DNA from: an uncultured Gammaproteobacteria bacterium
GTDB taxonomy: Bacteria > Patescibacteriota > Microgenomatia > Levybacterales > UBA12049
Assembly (NCBI GenBank): GCA_964474445.1
Contig: CAYYSJ010000002.1
Span: forward strand, 53,610-117,609
Length of the DNA stretch: 64,000 bases
Direction of reading: 5' to 3'
Both the position numbers and the translations under genes were made by a program. This document shows, piece after piece, positions 58,328-64,000 of the stretch. Position 1 is the first letter of the stretch; every line of letters starts with the position of its first letter. The notes under the pieces are model-generated. The model saw only the letters and a program-made list of their open reading frames with translations, was not told the DNA's origin and did no database searches.

Positions 58328-60013
58328 ATGTATAATAAAGATATGAACCAAGAGCAAGTACGTATTATCCCCCTCGGTGGGACAGGTGTTGTGACTCGTA
58401 ATATGTATGTCTATGAGTATCAAGACCAAATGCTGCTTGTCGATTGTGGGCTTGGGTTTGCAGATGAAACAATGCTTGGAGTAGATTTACTGCTCCCGGA
58501 TATATCCTATCTGCAAAAATCTCTTCAAAACGGTAAAAAAATTGTTGGGATGCTTATTACACATGGTCATGAAGATCATATGGGAGCACTTCCGTTTATT
58601 CTTCCAGAATTACCCGATTTTCCCATTTTTGCTACTCCTTTGACGGCAGCTTTAGCTGAGGAAAAATTAAAAAACTTTGGTATTGCCAGAAAAGTTCAAC
58701 CTATTCCATTTGAATCAGATCACCAGTTGCAACTTGGACCCTTCTCTGCAAATTTTATACGGGTCACTCACTCTGTTCCGGATACATCTCATATTTTTAT
58801 TCGTACTCCTATTGGAAATATTTACCACGGAAGTGATTTTAAATTTGATCTTACACCATTTGATAAGAAAAAAACTGATTTTGCAAGAATTGCCAAGTGT
58901 GGAGAATTAGGTGTTTTATTCTTACTATCTGACTGTCTTGGATCTGAAAGACCTGGGACAACTGGTTCTGAGGATAAATTAACAGATACAATTTATCGGG
59001 AAATGGAAAATGTGAAGGGGAAGTTTATTCTCACCACGTATTCATCTCACATTAATCGTATTAATCAGACATTACTTGCCGCTGAGAAGTTACACAAACG
59101 TGTTTGTTTTATTGGTCGGTCTCTTATCAAGACTGTCGATGTTGCAAAAAGACTTGGGTTAATCAGAATACCAAAAGGAATGGAGGTTCGAATGGATCAG
59201 CTACGGCAATATAAGGATGACCAACTCGTACTGTTAGTTGCAGGGTCTCAAGGACAAGAAAATTCCGCACTCACCCGGATTGCGACTGGAGAGCACAAAG
59301 AGGTCAAAATTACTCAACAAGATACCATTGTTTTTTCATCAGATCCAATTCCTGGGAACGAAATAATGGTCAATGCGCTTGTTGATAGCCTTTCTAAGAT
59401 AGGCGCACGAGTTATGTATTCTGATGTTTCTTCAGACTTCCATGTATCAGGACACGGCTCAGCAGACGAACTGATGTTGCTCATGGAGCTTGTAAGACCA
59501 AGAAAAATTTTACCTATTGGTGGAACACCAAAGCATATGCTTGCATATAGAAAGCTTGCACAAAAAGTAGGATTTGCTCCTCAGGATGTGTTACTTCCCG
59601 ACAGTGGACAGGAAATTGTTATAACAAGACAAGGTGCAACATTTGGACAGAGATACTCAATGAAAAATGTGTATGTAGACGAAATAAGTGGTGAAGAGAT
59701 AGAGGGATATGTATTGCGGGACAGGCAAAGACTTTCTCAGGATGGTGTTATTGCAATTATGGTTGAGGTAGATGCGGCAGCAGGTTCATTGGCTGACAAG
59801 CCTGATATTGTTGTGAGAGGATTTTCAGAAAAAGATGCAGAGGAGATGAGACAGGCGATCTCCCAAGAATTACAGAAAGTGCTTTCAGGCAAACAAGGAC
59901 AAGTAACAAATTGGATATACTTACGAAAAATGATAGGTGAAGTAACAGAAAAGCGAATTTTTAGAGATTTTAGACGCCGTCCCCTTATTCTTCCAGTAGT
60001 GATAGAGGTATAG
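58328..60013 (+). CDS. rnj: Ribonuclease J
   Basis: The metallo-beta-lactamase motif LITHGHEDHMGALP, a beta-CASP domain and a C-terminal domain. 561 aa. Confidence 0.9.
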   Translation: MYNKDMNQEQVRIIPLGGTGVVTRNMYVYEYQDQMLLVDCGLGFADETMLGVDLLLPDISYLQKSLQNGKKIVGMLITHGHEDHMGALPFILPELPDFPIFATPLTAALAEEKLKNFGIARKVQPIPFESDHQLQLGPFSANFIRVTHSVPDTSHIFIRTPIGNIYHGSDFKFDLTPFDKKKTDFARIAKCGELGVLFLLSDCLGSERPGTTGSEDKLTDTIYREMENVKGKFILTTYSSHINRINQTLLAAEKLHKRVCFIGRSLIKTVDVAKRLGLIRIPKGMEVRMDQLRQYKDDQLVLLVAGSQGQENSALTRIATGEHKEVKITQQDTIVFSSDPIPGNEIMVNALVDSLSKIGARVMYSDVSSDFHVSGHGSADELMLLMELVRPRKILPIGGTPKHMLAYRKLAQKVGFAPQDVLLPDSGQEIVITRQGATFGQRYSMKNVYVDEISGEEIEGYVLRDRQRLSQDGVIAIMVEVDAAAGSLADKPDIVVRGFSEKDAEEMRQAISQELQKVLSGKQGQVTNWIYLRKMIGEVTEKRIFRDFRRRPLILPVVIEV

Positions 60014-60059
60014 CCGTAGATATCACTGCTTCATCGGTGATCCTTCGCTTGCATTAGCT

Positions 60060-62237
60060 TTGAGATTCTTTATAATAAGAAGTATGGCCAAAAAACGTGG
60101 TGGAGGTCGTCGTAAAAAAGTACAACTTCGCAAAGAAACAATTTACACACTTTTTGCATTAGGACTTGTTGTTGTTGGTATTTTGCAATTTCTTTCTTTT
60201 TCAAGGCAAGGAGATGTTTTAATGACGGTTCAGCAAATGCTGGAGCAAAATTTTTCTTCAATGCAGTATCTTTTCCCATTTGTTTTTATTTTCATAGGAT
60301 TTCTCTTTTTCAGGTTTAAATTTTTCCTCTCCAAGCCGCATGTCACAATAGGATATATCATTACCTTTTTTTCTCTTGTTGGCATTCTCAAATCAGGTGC
60401 TGTAGGACGACATATGTTTCAGATTCTATCTGATATTTTAGGGAATGTTGGTTCAGATTTAGTATATATTGCTGGAGTATTTGTTGGACTTGTTGTTTTC
60501 TTTGATACCTCAATTGACGAATTGTTACAAGGATTTGTTGCTGTTCTCAATACCGTCCCAAAATTTATCCCATCAGGAGCTGTTTCTCTTTTCAAAAGCA
60601 AAAAGCCTGTCAAAGGGAAGGAATTAACTATTAAACAAGCAGGCCTTACGAATGAAGAGCCAAAGATTAATGGAAAAGATAAAACCATTTTCCCATCCTC
60701 CAAAATGGAAGATAAACCAGACTTGGTGGTGAAGAAAAAAGAGCAGGCGGAACTTATCTCAGATAAATTGGTAACGAATGTGTTGGAAAATGGTATGTGG
60801 GAAAATCCCCCGCTTTCATTATTGTCAGATAGTTCTGGTGCAAAAGCAGAAAGAGGTGACGTAAAGCGCATTGCACAAATTATTGAAAAAACGCTTGAAT
60901 CATTTGGTATTGCTGCACGAGTTGCTGAAGTAAATTTAGGCCCCTCCGTTACCCAGTATGCTTTAGAAATTGCTCTTGGGACAAAAGTAAGTAAAATTAC
61001 CTCTCTTGCTAACGATTTGGCGCTTGCAACTGAAGCACCTTCTGGACAAATTCGTATTGAAGCGCCTATTCCTGGACGATCTTTGGTAGGGATAGAAATT
61101 CCAAACAGATCCTTGGAAGTTGTACCGCTTCGTACTATGCTTTCTTCTCAAACAATGCAAAAAGCAAAGTCCAAACTCACAGTTGCTATGGGACTTGATG
61201 TGTCAGGCAATCCAGTTGTTGCGGACATTGCAAAAATGCCTCATGTTCTCATTGCAGGTACCACAGGATCAGGAAAATCATATCTTATGAATGCGTTTAT
61301 TTGTTCTATGCTTTTCAGAGCTTCTCCTCAAGAAGTAAAGATGATTTTAGTTGACCCGAAACGAGTTGAATTTACCCAGTATAACGGCATTCCTCATTTG
61401 TTAACACCTGTTATTGTTGAGCCAGAGAAAATTCTTTCAGCACTCAAGTGGGCGATGGGTGAAATGGACAGAAGATACAAGCTATTCGCTGAAAGAGGAG
61501 TGAGAAATATTGACTCATATAATGAGCTATCAGGCTTTCAAGCACTACCATACGTTGTTATCGTTGTCGATGAATTGGCAGATTTAATGATGCTTGCTCC
61601 TGTTGAGGTTGAAGATGCTATTGCGCGTTTAGCACAAATGGCACGCGCAACAGGAATTCACTTGGTTATTGCAACACAAAGACCTTCTGTCAATGTCATT
61701 ACTGGCCTTATTAAAGCAAATATTCCAACGCGTATTGCTCTGAATGTCTCTTCTCAAATTGATTCTCGTGTTATCTTAGATGGGCCAGGCGCGGAAAAAT
61801 TATTAGGTAGAGGAGATATGTTATATGTTCCACCAGATGCTGCAAAGCCGTACCGTATTCAAGGATCATATGTTTCTGAAAAAGAGGTGCAACGGCTCGT
61901 AGGCTACTTGAAGGAAAAAGCTCCTGAAGTTAACTATACCGAGGAAGTTACTCAACAACAGGTGAGTATTAAAGGGAAAAATGGTGGGGGTATATCAAGC
62001 GGTGGTGGAGAAGGCTTAGACAATTTGTTTGATGATGCTGTACGAATCGTATGTCAATATGATAAAGCATCAGCATCACTTTTGCAGAGAAAATTGTCTG
62101 TTGGCTATTCGCGTGCAGCAAAACTTTTGGATCAGCTCGAAGAAAATGGTATTATTGGACCGGCTGAAGGAAGTAAGCCACGAGATGTTTTAAGTAAGAA
62201 TGCTGATGAAGTACTGGCACAAATACACGGAGAATGA
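60060..62237 (+). CDS. ftsK: DNA translocase FtsK/SpoIIIE
   Basis: N-terminal 4 TM helices. The motor has Walker A GTTGSGKS and Walker B VVIVVDELADLMM. The C-terminal gamma winged-helix reads LFDDAVRIVCQYDKASASLLQRKLSVGYSRAAKLLDQLEENGIIG. It ends with TGA. Confidence 0.9.
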   Translation: MRFFIIRSMAKKRGGGRRKKVQLRKETIYTLFALGLVVVGILQFLSFSRQGDVLMTVQQMLEQNFSSMQYLFPFVFIFIGFLFFRFKFFLSKPHVTIGYIITFFSLVGILKSGAVGRHMFQILSDILGNVGSDLVYIAGVFVGLVVFFDTSIDELLQGFVAVLNTVPKFIPSGAVSLFKSKKPVKGKELTIKQAGLTNEEPKINGKDKTIFPSSKMEDKPDLVVKKKEQAELISDKLVTNVLENGMWENPPLSLLSDSSGAKAERGDVKRIAQIIEKTLESFGIAARVAEVNLGPSVTQYALEIALGTKVSKITSLANDLALATEAPSGQIRIEAPIPGRSLVGIEIPNRSLEVVPLRTMLSSQTMQKAKSKLTVAMGLDVSGNPVVADIAKMPHVLIAGTTGSGKSYLMNAFICSMLFRASPQEVKMILVDPKRVEFTQYNGIPHLLTPVIVEPEKILSALKWAMGEMDRRYKLFAERGVRNIDSYNELSGFQALPYVVIVVDELADLMMLAPVEVEDAIARLAQMARATGIHLVIATQRPSVNVITGLIKANIPTRIALNVSSQIDSRVILDGPGAEKLLGRGDMLYVPPDAAKPYRIQGSYVSEKEVQRLVGYLKEKAPEVNYTEEVTQQQVSIKGKNGGGISSGGGEGLDNLFDDAVRIVCQYDKASASLLQRKLSVGYSRAAKLLDQLEENGIIGPAEGSKPRDVLSKNADEVLAQIHGE

Positions 62238-62330
62238 AATAAAATTTCTAATTACTAATTTCTAAAGAATTCCTCAGGGCTACATTCCCAAATTGGTCAT
62301 TAGAAATTAAGTCAACGAGGTATTCCATCT

Positions 62331-62972
62331 ATGATTAAAATTGGTGATAGACTAAAACAAGAGAGAAAACAGCAAGGGTATACGATTGATGAAATTGCAA
62401 AGGCAACAAAAATACGTCCTCAATTTATTGTTGCGATTGAAGCAGGCGACTACACTCGCCTTCCAGGAAGTAGTTATACACAAGGATTTGTAAAAAATTA
62501 TATCGAATTTTTAGGACTACCTATGAGGGAATCACTGGCGATGTTTAGAAGAGAATTCGATGAGAAACAGTATGTTGATGTAGTTCCGGAGAGTTTTGTT
62601 GGTAAAGAAGATATTCCTTTAAAAACAATACGGTTAAATAGAGCAATTGGTATAGTGAGTCTTATTGTACTCATTGTCATGTTATATCTTTTCTCTCAAT
62701 ACAGATCTGCATTCTTCTCGCCGCAATTATCAGTAGATGTCCCTGCTGAAAGGGCTCCCATTGCTTCTCAAACAGTTGTTGTTACAGGAACGACCGATCC
62801 AAGTAGCACAGTAACTGTTAATGGTCTTCCTGCATATGTTGATGCAAATGGGAAATTTAGAAAAGAAATTCCGGTATTCCCTGGCGTTGCAACAATTTCT
62901 ATAAAATCGGTTAATAATTTTGGTAGGATAAGCTCTGTAGAGAGACACGTTGTTGTAACGGTTGCACAATAA
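62331..62972 (+). CDS. rodZ: RodZ-like cytoskeleton protein (XRE HTH + TM + periplasmic C-terminal domain)
   Basis: IGDRLKQERKQQGYTIDEIAKATKIRPQFIVAIEAGDYTRLPG (HTH_25-like), then one TM helix (IGIVSLIVLIVMLYLF), then a beta-rich C-terminal domain. Confidence 0.6.
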   Translation: MIKIGDRLKQERKQQGYTIDEIAKATKIRPQFIVAIEAGDYTRLPGSSYTQGFVKNYIEFLGLPMRESLAMFRREFDEKQYVDVVPESFVGKEDIPLKTIRLNRAIGIVSLIVLIVMLYLFSQYRSAFFSPQLSVDVPAERAPIASQTVVVTGTTDPSSTVTVNGLPAYVDANGKFRKEIPVFPGVATISIKSVNNFGRISSVERHVVVTVAQ

Positions 62973-63045
62973 TGTTATATAACTTGGAGCGAAGAGCATA
63001 CCCAAAAGGCTTGACTTCTTTTGTATCAGTTGGTACGCTAAATAT

Positions 63046-63339
63046 ATGGACGTCACCCAAATTCTTCTTATTACTGTGGTTGGAGTTTTGACACTATTAT
63101 TATTACTATTAGGTATTCAGGTCTTCTTTATTCTTCGTGAAGTAAAAAACACCCTCTCTAAAGCGAATAAAGTATTGGATGATGCAGGTGTTATTAGTGG
63201 CAGTATTTCTCGCCCTGTTGAATCACTCTCAACAATTATGTCAGGGGTCAAATTAGGGTCTTTAGTTGCATCCTTTCTTTCCAAAACAATGGATAAGCAT
63301 GAGAAACATCCAAAGGAGGAAAAAAATGGATCACGATAA
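63046..63339 (+). CDS. DUF948/YtxG-like small membrane-anchored protein
   Basis: N-terminal TM helix (ILLITVVGVLTLLLLLLGIQVFFIL) followed by an amphipathic helical region. Confidence 0.4.
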   Translation: MDVTQILLITVVGVLTLLLLLLGIQVFFILREVKNTLSKANKVLDDAGVISGSISRPVESLSTIMSGVKLGSLVASFLSKTMDKHEKHPKEEKNGSR

Positions 63340-63694
63340 TAGACAACATAGTAGTGGAGGGTTTTTCAATGGGTTTATCTTAGGCCTTCTCGTTGGAGCA
63401 GGACTTGTCTTCTTGTTTGGTACTTCAAAAGGAAAGAGAGTGTTGCAAATGCTTCTTGAACAAGTTGAAGAGAACACTGAACTCTCTGAATTGCTTGAAA
63501 TTCCTGAGGGAGAAGAAGATGAATATTTTGATGCAATAGAAGAAGAGCCTGAAATGAGAATGGAAGAAGAGCCAAAAGATGAGATAAGACATGTATTTCA
63601 AAATGGTCATCACCATGATGATGAAAAATCCCACAAACCAGTTGCAAAAGTGAAGCGTTTCTTCAGAGGTCCTTCTAAAAAGCTAGTAAGTTAA
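63326..63694 (+). CDS. YtxH-like membrane-anchored acidic protein
   Basis: GGFFNGFILGLLVGAGLVFLFGTSKGKRVLQML resembles the YtxH N-terminal motif. Very acidic C-terminus. Start taken at the internal MDHDN. Confidence 0.4.
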   Translation: MDHDNRQHSSGGFFNGFILGLLVGAGLVFLFGTSKGKRVLQMLLEQVEENTELSELLEIPEGEEDEYFDAIEEEPEMRMEEEPKDEIRHVFQNGHHHDDEKSHKPVAKVKRFFRGPSKKLVS

Positions 63695-63727
63695 ATATCC
63701 TTATAAAGTTAGCTTAATCTATCTCAG

Positions 63728-64000
63728 TTATAATCCAAACTTTTGAATGTTTGCATTTTGTTCACCCAAAGTCCTTGCAAAGTGTAGGAGTCCCTTATTA
63801 TCTGAAATATAGTAAAAATAACTTGTACTTGTTGGGTGATAGACAGCATTGAGTGCATCAAAACCAGGATTTGCAATTGGCGTGGGTGGAAGACCAGGAT
63901 TGAGATACGTATTATACGGTGAATCAATTTTCAGATTTTTGGCAGTTGGAGTTGGCCACCAATTGATTGAACTGCCTAGGACATACTGAATCGTTGAGTC
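63728..64000 (-). CDS. mltG: Endolytic murein transglycosylase MltG/YceG. This is the C-terminal 90 aa; the N-terminus lies beyond the window.
   Basis: The reverse-strand translation ..DSPYNTYLNPGLPPTPIANPGFDALNAVYHPTSTSYFYYISDNKGLLHFARTLGEQNANIQKFGL* matches the YceG C-terminus (SPYNTY..GLPPGPI..PG). Confidence 0.7.
   Translation of the reverse strand, partial: DSTIQYVLGSSINWWPTPTAKNLKIDSPYNTYLNPGLPPTPIANPGFDALNAVYHPTSTSYFYYISDNKGLLHFARTLGEQNANIQKFGL

Overview
This 64 kb window reads as a low-GC, streamlined bacterial chromosome segment dominated by housekeeping genes. The gene content and architecture resemble Candidate Phyla Radiation / Patescibacteria-type genomes: a minimal IF-2, a nusA-infB block without rbfA/truB, a standalone riboflavin kinase, and many small membrane proteins. 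That placement is inference only. The standard genetic code applies, since TGA terminates conserved genes such as ftsK.

Recognisable genes on the + strand:
- murJ, lepA, groES-groEL (preceded by a CIRCE-like operator) and trhO
- bcp, a MerR/TipAL-like regulator, a J-domain protein and hsp20
- msrB and hrcA-grpE-dnaK-dnaJ (a perfect CIRCE operator with a TTGACA-17-TATATT promoter)
- a ClpB/ClpC-like AAA+ protein, nusA, a short infB, a DHH-family protein, rpsO, pnp, RNase J, ftsK and a RodZ-like protein

Recognisable genes on the - strand:
- rpsT, metK (preceded by an S-box/SAM-I-like leader with a terminator), an FKBP and tatD
- metG, an EamA transporter, a Crp/Fnr regulator, a CitE-like lyase and the 3' end of mltG

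Two envelope clusters stand out:
- **Cluster 1 (1..6280, - strand)** is a translationally coupled run: PilN-like, PilO-like, a small membrane protein, an LPPTG-anchored fibronectin-like protein with a Thr/Pro linker, an FAD oxidoreductase, and two GT-C (PMT/ArnT-like) glycosyltransferases.
- **Cluster 2 (30594..35946, - strand)** holds a processive GT2 synthase (QxxRW), another GT-C enzyme, a WecA/MraY-family phosphotransferase, and a UbiA-family protein resembling mycobacterial decaprenyl-phosphate phosphoribosyltransferase.

Further oddities worth a second look:
- a second LPPTG protein
- a secreted five-repeat Cys-rich protein
- a membrane-anchored ClpB-like protein with a degenerate first ATPase domain
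- a DHH homolog with degenerate catalytic motifs and a Q/P-rich tail
- a roughly 340-nt noncoding tract next to a small ORF that has a strong SD
- recurrent TGCTATAAT extended -10 promoters with near-leaderless starts

No rRNA, tRNA, CRISPR array or obvious mobile element was found. All calls rest on reading the translations and sequence motifs by eye; no database search was run.
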